Notes: generated from the letters alone by a model not told the origin. 24,000 nucleotides of DNA from Candidatus Nomurabacteria bacterium (GCA_020851595.1 JADZCK010000015.1:1047-25046), one strand, 5' to 3'. Positions 1-8,405 are shown, counted from the stretch's first letter. Numbers and translations are program-made.

Positions 1-126
1 CTAAAGGCGAACTAAAATTAATCTAATAAACTTAGATTTATATTAGCATTTTTGATTCAAAATGCAAAAAGTTTAACTTTTATTTAACCGTTATTTTTTA
101 ATTTTTGATTTGCTTATTTATGTTAA

Positions 127-210
127 ATACAACCTCATCCCCCGCCTTCCCCTGAAATGGGAAGGGGCTAAATTCCCCCTCTCCTTTCAGGAGAGGGTTG
201 GGGGTGAGGT
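127..210 (+). repeat. Structured GC-rich repeat, copy 1 (5' flank of DUF559 gene)
   Basis: atacaacctcatccc...ggggtgaggt recurs at 610-700 in direct orientation. The outer stem acctcatccc/ggggtgaggt (one G-U) encloses two hairpins, ccttccc/gggaagg and ccctctcct/aggagaggg. Confidence 0.8.
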
Positions 211-264
211 TTTTTGAATCTGGTTTAGGGCGAGATTTTTTAATTTAAAGTATATAATCGAGTT

Positions 265-690
265 ATGCCTAGAATAGTAAATAATTTCAAAAGAAAAAAA
301 ATTAGAAAAGAATTGCGAAAAAATCAGACTCCACAAGAAACGATTCTTTGGTCTAAACTCCGAAACAATCAAACAAAACAAAAATGGCGAAGACAGGTTA
401 GTATTGGCCCATATATTGCAGATTTTTATTGCGCAAAAAAACTTTTAGTAATAGAAATAGATGGTTCCCAACATTTAGATAATGAAGAATATGATAAAGA
501 TAGGGAGCAATATTTTTTAGATCTTGGAATAAGAACTACAAGATTCTGGAATAGTGAAATAAATACAAACATTGATGGGGTTTTTAAAATAATTATGGAA
601 AAATTAGAAATACAACCTCATCCCAGCCTTCTCCTGAAAGGAGAAGGGGCTAATTCCTCTTCCCCCTCTCCTTCTCAGGAGAGGGGTTAA
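265..690 (+). CDS. DUF559 / Vsr-like endonuclease-domain protein
   Basis: 141-aa ORF. A basic N-terminus is followed by ILWSKLRN...FYCAKKLLVIEIDGSQH...REQYF...GIRTTRFWNSEI, typical of the DUF559 family. The last ~25 codons (PHPSLLLKGEGANSSSPSPSQERG) are read-through of repeat copy 2, so the true C-terminus is uncertain. Confidence 0.8.
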   Translation: MPRIVNNFKRKKIRKELRKNQTPQETILWSKLRNNQTKQKWRRQVSIGPYIADFYCAKKLLVIEIDGSQHLDNEEYDKDREQYFLDLGIRTTRFWNSEINTNIDGVFKIIMEKLEIQPHPSLLLKGEGANSSSPSPSQERG

Positions 691-700
691 GGGGTGAGGT
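610..700 (+). repeat. Structured GC-rich repeat, copy 2 (3' flank of DUF559 gene)
   Basis: Same architecture as 127-210. Hairpin 1 is ccttctcc/ggagaagg here versus ccttccc/gggaagg in copy 1, a compensated change. Hairpin 2 is cccctctcc/ggagagggg. Confidence 0.8.
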
Positions 701-717
701 AAAAGTGAGGTGAGTTT

Positions 718-1227
718 TTATTTAACCCCCATCAAGTATTTTTTAGGATTAGCAGAAAGGTCCACAAAGTCATCTACTGCTTCGCGAAGCTTGCCTGAAG
801 TTGATTTGCCAAAAGAAGCCACTTCTACTTGCACGCCGATAGTCTGTAGATATTCAACAAGAGGCACAAAGTCCCCGTCCCCAGACACAATAATCACAGA
901 ATCCAAACGAGGTGACATCTTGATGGCATCAACAGCGAGCCCCACATCCCAGTCTGCCTTTTTTGCGCCACCAGCAAATATTTGTAAATCTTTTGTTTTT
1001 GTTTCAATGCCGAGTTTGGAAAGAGCTTCAAAAAAATTCTTTTCATCCCCCGCTTCTGTGGTGATGACGTATGCTACAGCGCGCACGAGCTTGCGCCCTG
1101 CAACTGCATCTTTTAAAACCGCGCCGAAATTTACTCGCGCATTGTATAAATTGCGAGCTGAATGATATAAGTTTTGAGTATCAATAAAAACCCCAACCCT
1201 TTGTTCTTTATGTTTTATAACTGTCAT
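718..1227 (-). CDS. NYN-domain (LabA/DUF88-like) protein
   Basis: 169-aa ORF with VGVFIDTQNLYHSAR ... IIVSGDGDFVPLVEYLQ ... VEVASF, the pattern of NYN/LabA-like predicted RNases. Confidence 0.8.
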   Translation of the reverse strand: MTVIKHKEQRVGVFIDTQNLYHSARNLYNARVNFGAVLKDAVAGRKLVRAVAYVITTEAGDEKNFFEALSKLGIETKTKDLQIFAGGAKKADWDVGLAVDAIKMSPRLDSVIIVSGDGDFVPLVEYLQTIGVQVEVASFGKSTSGKLREAVDDFVDLSANPKKYLMGVK

Positions 1228-1275
1228 ATGTTATAGTATAGCACCAAAAACAAAACGGGGCATCGCCCCATTTTG

Positions 1276-1539
1276 TTAGACCAATTCTATTTTCTTCAAG
1301 AGCGCAGTATACCTAGTTTTATCCTTACGTTCCAAATATTTCAAATGGGTTCGTCTGTCAGCCACCATCTTGATAAGACCGCGACGAGAATGATTATCTT
1401 TTTTATGTTTCTTTAAATGCTTTGCGAGTGCATCGATCTGTGTAGACAAAACAGCCACTTGCACTTCTGGAGAGCCTGTGTCTTTGTCGTGAATTTGACT
1501 TTTCTTGATAATTGCTTGTTTTTTCTTTGTTGCTAACAT
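1276..1539 (-). CDS. rpsO: 30S ribosomal protein S15
   Basis: 87-aa ORF with DTGSPEVQVAVLSTQIDALAKHLKKHKKDNHSRRGLIKMVADRRTHLKYL, the canonical S15 sequence. Confidence 0.95.
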   Translation of the reverse strand: MLATKKKQAIIKKSQIHDKDTGSPEVQVAVLSTQIDALAKHLKKHKKDNHSRRGLIKMVADRRTHLKYLERKDKTRYTALLKKIELV

Positions 1540-1545
1540 ACCTAT

Positions 1546-1574
1546 ATATTAGCATAAACTCGTAAAAAACGCAA
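1546..1574 (-). promoter_or_regulatory. Putative rpsO promoter (TTGCGT-17 nt-TAATAT) giving a leaderless or near-leaderless mRNA
   Basis: On the minus strand the -35 is at 1574-1569 and the -10 at 1551-1546. Only 6 nt separate the -10 from the ATG at 1539, and there is no SD. Confidence 0.5.
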
Positions 1575-1604
1575 GTAGGGCTTTACGGGCAAAAGAAAAC
1601 CGCC

Positions 1605-1823
1605 CTAAAGCGGTTCATAGAACTGTTCATAATATTTTGGAAACCATTGAGACTTAGTAAATTTTTCAATAACACTAACCCTTGGAAGAACTTCCCTGTT
1701 TTTATATTTATTTATTTCTTCCATAAAGTCAGCCAATTGTTTCTCCTCTTCAGCGGAGAGAGGCTCATTGAGAGCTTTGTATTTATTGACCCCGATTTTT
1801 ACTTTTCTCCTGAGAGTTTTCAT
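1605..1823 (-). CDS. Hypothetical small protein (72 aa)
   Basis: Start chosen at the internal ATG (MKTLRRKV...), which is preceded by GAAAGGAGAG 5 nt upstream, rather than the longer track ORF (to 1895). The stop overlaps a terminator-like hairpin (aaccgc/gcggtt followed by a U-run on the minus strand). Confidence 0.6.
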   Translation of the reverse strand: MKTLRRKVKIGVNKYKALNEPLSAEEEKQLADFMEEINKYKNREVLPRVSVIEKFTKSQWFPKYYEQFYEPL

Positions 1824-1926
1824 TTTACTCTCCTTTCTTTCTGTTTTTACTATACACAAAATAAACAGTTCTGTCAAAGTAATTGTGTCGCACAATCTTT
1901 TTGATAATTATGATAAAATATAAAAT

Positions 1927-2856
1927 ATGTCATCTTTGAAACAACTCAAAACACAATTCTTGGAGTATATAGAAATAGAAAAAGGAAGATCTTTAAAAAC
2001 AGTAGAAAATTACGATCGCTACCTCACCCGCTTTTTGGGTTATATAAAAAATGATGATCCAGAAAAAATAACAGATACGGTAGTACGCGAATTTCGTTTA
2101 TGGTTGAACCGCCAACCTCTGCAAAATCTAGGAAAGCCAGATCAGACTCTCGGCAAAAAAACACAAAATTATTACTTGATAGCTATCCGCGCTTTTTTGA
2201 AATATTTAGCTCGACAAGAAATACGAACTTTACCCGCCGAAAGAATTGAGCTTGCCAAAGTACAAGAAAGATCTCTCGACTTGATCACAAATGAAGAATT
2301 GAAAAAATTGATGAGCATTCCAAACTCAAATGATTTGAAAGACTTGCGTGATCGCGCAATTTTAGAATTATTATTTTCTACCGGGCTTCGTGTATCTGAA
2401 CTGTGTTCCCTCACGAGAGACATAGATCTGAATTCTGATGAACTTTCTATACGCGGAAAAGGAGGAAAAGTGCGCGTAGTTTTTATTTCAGATTCAGCCA
2501 AAAAATTCTTACGACAATATTTATCACAAAGAAAAGATATGGATGATGCTTTGTTTATAAAAATTGGAAAAAATTCTCCGAAGACGATGGCCGCGAAAGG
2601 CAAGAACCTCGGCGTTACAAAAAGGACGATAGAGAGGGTCATCAAACAACTCGCAACCAAAGCCGGCATTTCAAAAAAAGTCACACCGCACGTAATGCGC
2701 CACATGTTCGCAACAGACCTACTCGGCAATGGCGCCGACCTGCGTTCAGTACAAGCAATTCTAGGACACTCAAACATAGGAACCACTCAAATATATACAC
2801 ACGTAACCGATAAACATTTACGCGATATCCATAAAAAGTTTCACAATAAGGGATAG
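1927..2856 (+). CDS. Tyrosine recombinase, XerC/XerD family
   Basis: 309-aa ORF. It has an N-terminal SAM-like core-binding domain and C-terminal catalytic motifs ...LLFSTGLRVSEL..., HVMRHMFATDLL, LGHSNIGTTQIYTHV. Confidence 0.9.
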   Translation: MSSLKQLKTQFLEYIEIEKGRSLKTVENYDRYLTRFLGYIKNDDPEKITDTVVREFRLWLNRQPLQNLGKPDQTLGKKTQNYYLIAIRAFLKYLARQEIRTLPAERIELAKVQERSLDLITNEELKKLMSIPNSNDLKDLRDRAILELLFSTGLRVSELCSLTRDIDLNSDELSIRGKGGKVRVVFISDSAKKFLRQYLSQRKDMDDALFIKIGKNSPKTMAAKGKNLGVTKRTIERVIKQLATKAGISKKVTPHVMRHMFATDLLGNGADLRSVQAILGHSNIGTTQIYTHVTDKHLRDIHKKFHNKG

Positions 2857-2891
2857 ATTATTAAAAATGTAAAATAAGGTATAATAATATT

Positions 2892-3536
2892 ATGAGTTAT
2901 CTAGAACACAAAAAACATTTCGGGGTCGCATACAGAACAGGCACAGATAGTTGGACTCACCCACCGACAGAACTCGAAGGACTAAAACTCACCGAAAGGC
3001 TTTTGCCTGGAGCAAAAGTTTTGGACATCGGCTCTGGCCGTGGTTTTTTTGCGAAACATTTAGCAGAGATGGGTTTTGATGTTACAGGCATCGATTTTGA
3101 AAAAGACATCGTAGAAAAAGCACATGAAAATGTAAAAGATTGGGGGCTTGAAAATAAATTAAAATTTATAGAAGCGGACGCTTTGACTTTACCGTTCCCT
3201 GACCAAAGTTTTGATGCTGCTTGCGACTTCGGACTATTCGAAACTTTATATAAAGAAGATTGGCCAGTATATGCAAATGAAGTCGCTCGCATACTAAAAC
3301 CTGGAGGATTTTATTTGAACGTTTCACTTTCGCGCGAAACTCAACATTTCTTTGAATTTTTACCAAAAAAAGACATGGAAGGAGAATTTGAAAAATACGG
3401 AATTCATTATCATTTTTTTGAGAAAAGTGAAATAGAAAATATTTTCAAAGATAAATTTGAAATAATCTCAGAAGAGACAACTCCTTCTCACAGAAAAGTT
3501 GTTTTACTCGAAACACTTTTCCAAAAACATAAATAA
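2892..3536 (+). CDS. Class I SAM-dependent methyltransferase
   Basis: 214-aa ORF with motif I VLDIGSGRGFFAKHLAEMGFDVTGIDF and the post-I/II pattern FIEADALTLPF...FD. Confidence 0.8.
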   Translation: MSYLEHKKHFGVAYRTGTDSWTHPPTELEGLKLTERLLPGAKVLDIGSGRGFFAKHLAEMGFDVTGIDFEKDIVEKAHENVKDWGLENKLKFIEADALTLPFPDQSFDAACDFGLFETLYKEDWPVYANEVARILKPGGFYLNVSLSRETQHFFEFLPKKDMEGEFEKYGIHYHFFEKSEIENIFKDKFEIISEETTPSHRKVVLLETLFQKHK

Positions 3537-3545
3537 GAAAAAATA

Positions 3546-4325
3546 ATGAAACTTGTTTCATGGAATACAAACGGATTACGCGCAACGGCAAAACAAGGAT
3601 TTTTTACCCCCCTATTTACAGAGGAGAGAGTAGATATTTTGTGTTTACAAGAAACAAAAGTTGAACCAGAGCAGTTACCCGAAAATGTGAGAAACATAGA
3701 AGGATATTTTTCTTACTTTTCACATCCTAAAAACAAAAAAGGTTATAGTGGGGTCGCTATTTATACAAACGAAAAACCAGACGAAGTTTTTTATGGAATG
3801 GGAATAAAAAAATTAGATGACGAAGGAAGGTTGATAGGAATAAAGTATAAAAATAAAAAAAGAAATTTTACTCTCATAAATATTTATTTTCCAAACGGAG
3901 GACAAGGCCCGGATAGATTAAAATATAAATTAGAATTTTACGACGCGTTTTTGAAATTTATTTTGAAACTTCGCAAAGCTGGCGAGAATGTTATTTTCTG
4001 TGGCGATGTAAATACGGCGCACGAAGCTATCGACCTCGCTCGTCCAAAAGAAAATGAGGAGAATACTGGTTTCCTTCCTATCGAGCGCGCATGGCTTGAT
4101 AAAGTTGTAAAAAATAATTTTGTGGATGTTTGGAGAAATTTTAATCCAAACAAAAAAGATATGTACACGTATTGGGATCAAAAAACTCGCGCTCGTGATC
4201 GTAATGTAGGTTGGAGAATAAATTATTTTTTTGCCGATAAAAAAATTTTAGATAAAATAAAAGATGCCGGTATGATGACAGATTATTACGGATCCGATCA
4301 CTGTCCAATCTGGTTAAAAACATAA
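3546..4325 (+). CDS. xth: Exodeoxyribonuclease III (AP endonuclease family 1)
   Basis: 259-aa ORF with MKLVSWNTNGLRA..., LCLQETK, INIYFPNGG, FCGDVNTAHEAIDL, YTYWD, GSDHCPIWL. Confidence 0.92.
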   Translation: MKLVSWNTNGLRATAKQGFFTPLFTEERVDILCLQETKVEPEQLPENVRNIEGYFSYFSHPKNKKGYSGVAIYTNEKPDEVFYGMGIKKLDDEGRLIGIKYKNKKRNFTLINIYFPNGGQGPDRLKYKLEFYDAFLKFILKLRKAGENVIFCGDVNTAHEAIDLARPKENEENTGFLPIERAWLDKVVKNNFVDVWRNFNPNKKDMYTYWDQKTRARDRNVGWRINYFFADKKILDKIKDAGMMTDYYGSDHCPIWLKT

Positions 4326-4406
4326 CAAAAACACTTAATTTGTATTTACATTGACAAACGCTGAAAAAGATCTATTCTTATCAGAATGATGTTCTTTTAG
4401 AGAAAA

Positions 4407-4464
4407 TTCGCCTTAGTTTCTTGGAGTACAAAAGAAATTTTGTAAATTAAGAAACTGAGGCGAA
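4407..4464 (+). promoter_or_regulatory. Long 5'-UTR hairpin upstream of the 4491 ORF
   Basis: 16-bp outer stem ttcgccttagtttctt/aagaaactgaggcgaa, with one U-G pair that works only on the + strand. The inner 7-bp stem tacaaaa/ttttgta is capped by a GAAA tetraloop. A TTGACA box lies at 4352-4357 upstream. Confidence 0.55.
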
Positions 4465-4490
4465 CAAACGCCCAGTAGAAAGGATTCATT

Positions 4491-4949
4491 GTGGAACGAT
4501 ACAAGGAAGAAGAGGAAGAAGAGATAATCTTAAAAACTCTGTGCTCTGGTATCATCGGCCCGACCGATGGAAGTCTAATAATAAAACAGACATCGTGGGT
4601 GGTGGATAAATATCTTGAAAATCTTAAAGAGTCCACACCCACGGAAAAAACCGATGTAAGAATCGATACGAATGGAGGAGTACCTGCAACAATCTCTCTC
4701 ATATTCGGAGCCTATGAAAAAGATTTTCGTCAGATATGTCTGACACAGTCTCAGATTGTAGAACTGTGTATAGAGAAACCTTCGTTTATCATAAAAAACC
4801 TTCCTATTTTTACGGTGCTCCCCACAAAACAGAATGACTTTTCTGTGGTAAGCTTTACAATGAGTGCGGGTGGGGTATGGTTTTTCCGCTCAATATATTG
4901 GTGGTCATTTGAAGTGTTTCGCGATATCCACCTGTTGGTAAAGGCATAA
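4491..4949 (+). CDS. Hypothetical protein (152 aa, GTG start)
   Basis: Track ORF. AAAGGA lies 7-8 nt upstream of the GTG, and an intrinsic terminator follows. No family recognised. Confidence 0.5.
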   Translation: MERYKEEEEEEIILKTLCSGIIGPTDGSLIIKQTSWVVDKYLENLKESTPTEKTDVRIDTNGGVPATISLIFGAYEKDFRQICLTQSQIVELCIEKPSFIIKNLPIFTVLPTKQNDFSVVSFTMSAGGVWFFRSIYWWSFEVFRDIHLLVKA

Positions 4950-4965
4950 CAACAACCGTACTCAA

Positions 4966-5000
4966 AGAAAAACCGCTTGGAGGACGGTTTTTCTTTTTTA
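4966..5000. terminator. Bidirectional intrinsic terminator between convergent genes
   Basis: aaaaaccg-cttggagga-cggttttt, flanked by an A-run on one side and a T-run on the other. It sits between the 4491 ORF (+) and murI (-). Confidence 0.7.
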
Positions 5001-5034
5001 TTGGTTTTTTTCTTAGTCTATCATATATGATATA

Positions 5035-5856
5035 TTAAGAATTAAGAATAATGAGTTTTGGTTTAATATTCTTTCCGAACCATTTTTCAGAAAGTTTCTG
5101 TATATTTTTTGTCATATCAGTAACGAGGATTTTTGTTGTGTGTTTACGAGAAAGATTCTTGGCAACTTCCGGATGTCGCAAAAAATAATCTTTTAATTTT
5201 TTGGGAACTATTTCGTCTTGAGAAATTATTTTCCCTTCTACGCCAAGGCTTCGAAGGGTAAGTTTTATTTGTTTTTTGAAAATAGGATAGTGTGTACACC
5301 CTAGCACAATCGCTTCTGTGTTTTTATCTAAAATTGGTTTCAAATATTTTTGAATAAAAGGCAATGCAAGTTTGGCCTCCCCTTCTTCTGCCAAGGGCAC
5401 GAGCATAGGCGCAGAGTTTTGAATAACTTTTATTTTTGAATTTAGTTTATTTATTTCCATAGGAAAAGTATCAGAAGCGACAGTCCCCTGGGTAGCAAGC
5501 ACTCCTACCTTTTTATATTTTACACATTCTTCAGCTGCAGGAATTAGGACCCCTAAAACTTTTCTCTGAAATTTATCTTTAGGAAAAATTTTTGGTAAAT
5601 ACTCTTGTTGTATTTTTCGGAGCGCTCGAGCTGAAGCAGTGTTGCAAGCGACAATAACGATCGCGCAATTTTCTTTTTTAAAAAGATAATCAACTGCTTC
5701 TTTTGTAAATTCAAAAACAGTTTCATGTGAACGATTACCATAAGGCACTCTCTTTGTGTCTCCTAAATACACATAATCATATTCCGGCATTTTTTTTACA
5801 ATCGCTCTCGCAATAATGAGCCCACCCAACCCAGAATCAAAAATTCCAATTCGCAT
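5035..5856 (-). CDS. murI: Glutamate racemase
   Basis: 273-aa ORF with IGIFDSGLGGL, VVACNTASA, VLGCTHYP. Confidence 0.92.
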   Translation of the reverse strand: MRIGIFDSGLGGLIIARAIVKKMPEYDYVYLGDTKRVPYGNRSHETVFEFTKEAVDYLFKKENCAIVIVACNTASARALRKIQQEYLPKIFPKDKFQRKVLGVLIPAAEECVKYKKVGVLATQGTVASDTFPMEINKLNSKIKVIQNSAPMLVPLAEEGEAKLALPFIQKYLKPILDKNTEAIVLGCTHYPIFKKQIKLTLRSLGVEGKIISQDEIVPKKLKDYFLRHPEVAKNLSRKHTTKILVTDMTKNIQKLSEKWFGKNIKPKLIILNS

Positions 5857-5878
5857 AATTGTATAGTATACTATTCCT

Positions 5879-6541
5879 ATGAATCATACTAGATTAGATC
5901 AATTGTCAGACAGCATCTTTGCAATCGTAATGACAATTCTTGTTTTTGAATTAAAAGTTCCAGGTATTTGGGGGCCGGTAGATAATGCAGGTCTATGGCT
6001 TGCAATAAAAAATTTACTTCCGGTTTTTTTAAGTTATATATTAAGTTTTTCTTTATTGTTCACATATTGGAGAGCGCATCATTTTTTTGTTTCAATTTAT
6101 GCAAAAAATGTAGACTCAAAACTTATAAACATAAATGCGCTTTTTTTCATGTTAATAAGCTTGATTCCATTTTCTGCAAATCTTTTAGGTCAATACAGTA
6201 GTAACGAATTGTCTATAGTTATATTTGGAATACATATTATTCTTATCGGACTTTCATTATATTGGATGAGAAGATATGTCCTTTATTCAACAAACATACA
6301 AAACCCAGAAATCACAAAAAGAGAGATACGTGGTAGCACCGTGCGCACACTTGTACCAGTAGTATTTGCTCTTATAGCTATACCGCTCAGCTTTTATAAT
6401 ATAAAATTATCACTGACTATCCTTACTTTCATAGTAATATTCAATCTTTCGTCATATAGTACTAAAATATTTGAAAACATACTCAAAAAAACACACCATT
6501 TTTTGTTTGGCGAGGACACAAAAGGTCATTTTGCAGACTAG
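5879..6541 (+). CDS. TMEM175/DUF1211-family membrane protein (putative K+ channel)
   Basis: 220-aa ORF with the N-terminal signature RLDQLSDSIFAIVMTILVFEL and about 6 hydrophobic helices. Confidence 0.75.
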   Translation: MNHTRLDQLSDSIFAIVMTILVFELKVPGIWGPVDNAGLWLAIKNLLPVFLSYILSFSLLFTYWRAHHFFVSIYAKNVDSKLININALFFMLISLIPFSANLLGQYSSNELSIVIFGIHIILIGLSLYWMRRYVLYSTNIQNPEITKREIRGSTVRTLVPVVFALIAIPLSFYNIKLSLTILTFIVIFNLSSYSTKIFENILKKTHHFLFGEDTKGHFAD

Positions 6542-6545
6542 TTGA

Positions 6546-8048
6546 TTATAAAACTCCGTGTTTCTCGTGAAGCTTAGCCACCTCTTCTTCTTCTAACTCT
6601 TCCTTCTTTTCTTTACCACGCTCTCCTAGTGTCCTTAATTCTGCGTCGCCTAGCATATTTAACGATTTTGTAAGCTCAGATAGGTGTTCTACGGTGTTTT
6701 TCTCTGGCGCATCGAGGACTTCTTCGAGTAACGCATTCAAAATCCAGCCCATTCTAGGACCCGGATTGATGTCCAATTGATTTATCATATACTCCCCGTT
6801 TATCTTTAGCTGTCCGACAGAGATGGGGTCCCTTAGAGCTTCCTCGATCATCGCAAAGTATTTTCGTAAACGATAAGGTGCTTCTTTTTTCTTCATACCG
6901 ACTCTGTCACATTCACGTACATTCATAAGTGGCCAAATATTTTCTTTTCCAACTTTTGTAATAATTCTTCGTACAGCAGAAAGAGTTATGAGTTCTGTGT
7001 CAGAAAAGAACATATGGTTACGCACCAATTTTTCGACTAAGTCAATCTCTTTTTTTGAGAATTTTAATCTTTCCATGATTTTTTCAATCATTCTCGCTCC
7101 GATAACTTCGTGCCCATAAAAAGTATATTTCTTTTTTGCGCCACTTGGAGCTACGCGCCTGGATCTTGGTTTCCCGATATCATGAAAAAGCGCAGAAAGT
7201 CTTATTTCTAAAGGCCAATTCTTGTCTGCGGCATGTTGCAAAGCCATAAGCAAATGATTCCACACGTCGTATATATGTTCGCCTCCTTGCTCGCAACCTA
7301 TCCCCTCTTCTAATTCAGGAATTATATTTTTTAACAAATTAAATTTTTGTAACATCAAAATTCCACTTGCAGGATTTTTCGATAAAATTATTTTTACAAA
7401 TTCATCACGAATTCTTTCAAAAGAAATTTCTTTTATTAATTCAGAATTTTTTAAAATACTTTCCGTAACTTCATACGACACAGAAAAATCTAATTGACAA
7501 GCAAAGCGAATAGCGCGCAACATTCTAAGCGCGTCTTCTTTAAACCTATCATCTGCATGTCCTACAGCCTTTAATGTTTTATCTTTTATGTCTTTTAAAC
7601 CATTAAATAGATCAATAAGCTGTCCTTTAGAATTTAAAGCCAGTGCATTTACCGTAAAATCGCGTCTTTTAAGATCATCTTCTATGTTATCACTAAATTT
7701 AACCTCGTCAGGATGCCTAAAATCGCTATATTTAGCCTCTATTCTATAAGGAGTAACCTCTATAATCATATTTTCTGAAGTTCCTGCCTGCGCAGACAGG
7801 TCATGTGTAACAACCACCCCTACTGTTCCAAAACTATTTTCATATATAGTCTTCTCAAATAGACCCATAATCTGCTCAGGCTTAGCGTTTGTAGTAATAT
7901 CCCAATCTTTTGGTTCCCTACCCATAATAAGATCACGAACACAACCACCTACCAAATACGCCTCAAAACCAGCGCCTTCCAAGGTGTTTGTTACATGTGA
8001 AACTTCTTTGGGTATCTGAGATATTAAATTTTTAAGATTTTTTTCCAT
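6546..8048 (-). CDS. cca: CCA-adding enzyme / tRNA nucleotidyltransferase with HD domain
   Basis: GGCVRDLIMGREPKDWDITT nucleotidyltransferase motif, RRDFTVNALA, and HD motif LFHDIGKP. The start is moved to the ATG at 8048 (MEKNLKNL) because the longer track ORF (to 8117) runs through a tRNA gene. Confidence 0.88.
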   Translation of the reverse strand: MEKNLKNLISQIPKEVSHVTNTLEGAGFEAYLVGGCVRDLIMGREPKDWDITTNAKPEQIMGLFEKTIYENSFGTVGVVVTHDLSAQAGTSENMIIEVTPYRIEAKYSDFRHPDEVKFSDNIEDDLKRRDFTVNALALNSKGQLIDLFNGLKDIKDKTLKAVGHADDRFKEDALRMLRAIRFACQLDFSVSYEVTESILKNSELIKEISFERIRDEFVKIILSKNPASGILMLQKFNLLKNIIPELEEGIGCEQGGEHIYDVWNHLLMALQHAADKNWPLEIRLSALFHDIGKPRSRRVAPSGAKKKYTFYGHEVIGARMIEKIMERLKFSKKEIDLVEKLVRNHMFFSDTELITLSAVRRIITKVGKENIWPLMNVRECDRVGMKKKEAPYRLRKYFAMIEEALRDPISVGQLKINGEYMINQLDINPGPRMGWILNALLEEVLDAPEKNTVEHLSELTKSLNMLGDAELRTLGERGKEKKEELEEEEVAKLHEKHGVL

Positions 8049-8060
8049 TTTGGAAAAATG

Positions 8061-8131
8061 TGCGGCCAGAGAGAATCGAACTCTCGTCTCATCCTTGGCA
8101 AGGACGTGTTCTACCACTAAACCATGACCGC
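8061..8131 (-). tRNA. tRNA-Gly (anticodon GCC)
   Basis: Manual cloverleaf: GCGGUCA acceptor, GUUU/GAAC D stem, CGUCC-UUGCCAA-GGAUG anticodon arm, GAGAG-UUCGAUU-CUCUC T arm, discriminator A. No encoded CCA. Confidence 0.9.
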
Positions 8132-8186
8132 GTTATTAAATTTTAATAAACTACATTGACTTATAATGGCCTTATTGACACGATAA

Positions 8187-8209
8187 ACCACTAAACCATG
8201 ACCGCGTTA
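8187..8209 (-). repeat. Duplicated 5' fragment of tRNA-Gly(GCC)
   Basis: The 23 nt accactaaaccatgaccgcgtta are identical to 8113-8135, which is the first 19 nt of the tRNA plus 4 nt of upstream flank. The two copies are 51 nt apart. Confidence 0.85.
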
Positions 8210-8333
8210 GTTAATATTAATTTTCTAACCGTTCAATTATAATATTTTATTTAATATAATGCAATTTATAATTTAATCCTTAAAAAACAATCATATTTTG
8301 ATAACAAGATAAAATAATGTATAATTTATAAAT

Positions 8334-8405
8334 GCACCCGTAGTGAAATGGATATCACAACAGTCTTCGGAACTGTCGTTGGGGGTTCGAATCCCTCCGG
8401 GTGCA
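8334..8405 (+). tRNA. tRNA-Arg (anticodon UCG)
   Basis: GCACCCG acceptor, GUGA/UCAC D stem, ACAGU-CUUCGGA-ACUGU anticodon arm, GGGGG-UUCGAAU-CCCUC T arm. An extended -10 (TGTATAAT) lies just upstream. No encoded CCA. Confidence 0.9.

Noticed and set aside
187-381. 64-aa minus-strand ORF overlapping repeat copy 1 and the DUF559 start.
   Set aside because: It is antisense to a recognisable gene and begins inside the structured repeat, with no start signals.
710-1165. 151-aa + strand ORF, with similar shadow ORFs at 2172-2786(-), 2957-3292(-), 3930-4181(-), 4397-4702(-), 19738-20223(-), 22768-23124(-) and 23117-23536(-).
   Set aside because: Each lies entirely antisense to, or out of frame with, a well-supported gene. 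They have low-complexity translations and no start signals.
2435-2441. CUGAUGA heptamer inside the recombinase gene, considered as a possible second hammerhead core.
   Set aside because: No adjacent stem II followed by GAAA with the right geometry, and no stem I/III partners or cleavage triplet. It sits in a conserved coding frame.
8049-8117. N-terminal 23-codon extension of the CCA-adding enzyme ORF (track start 8117).
   Set aside because: The extension is the reverse-strand reading of tRNA-Gly(GCC) (8061-8131). The internal ATG at 8048 gives a normal N-terminus.
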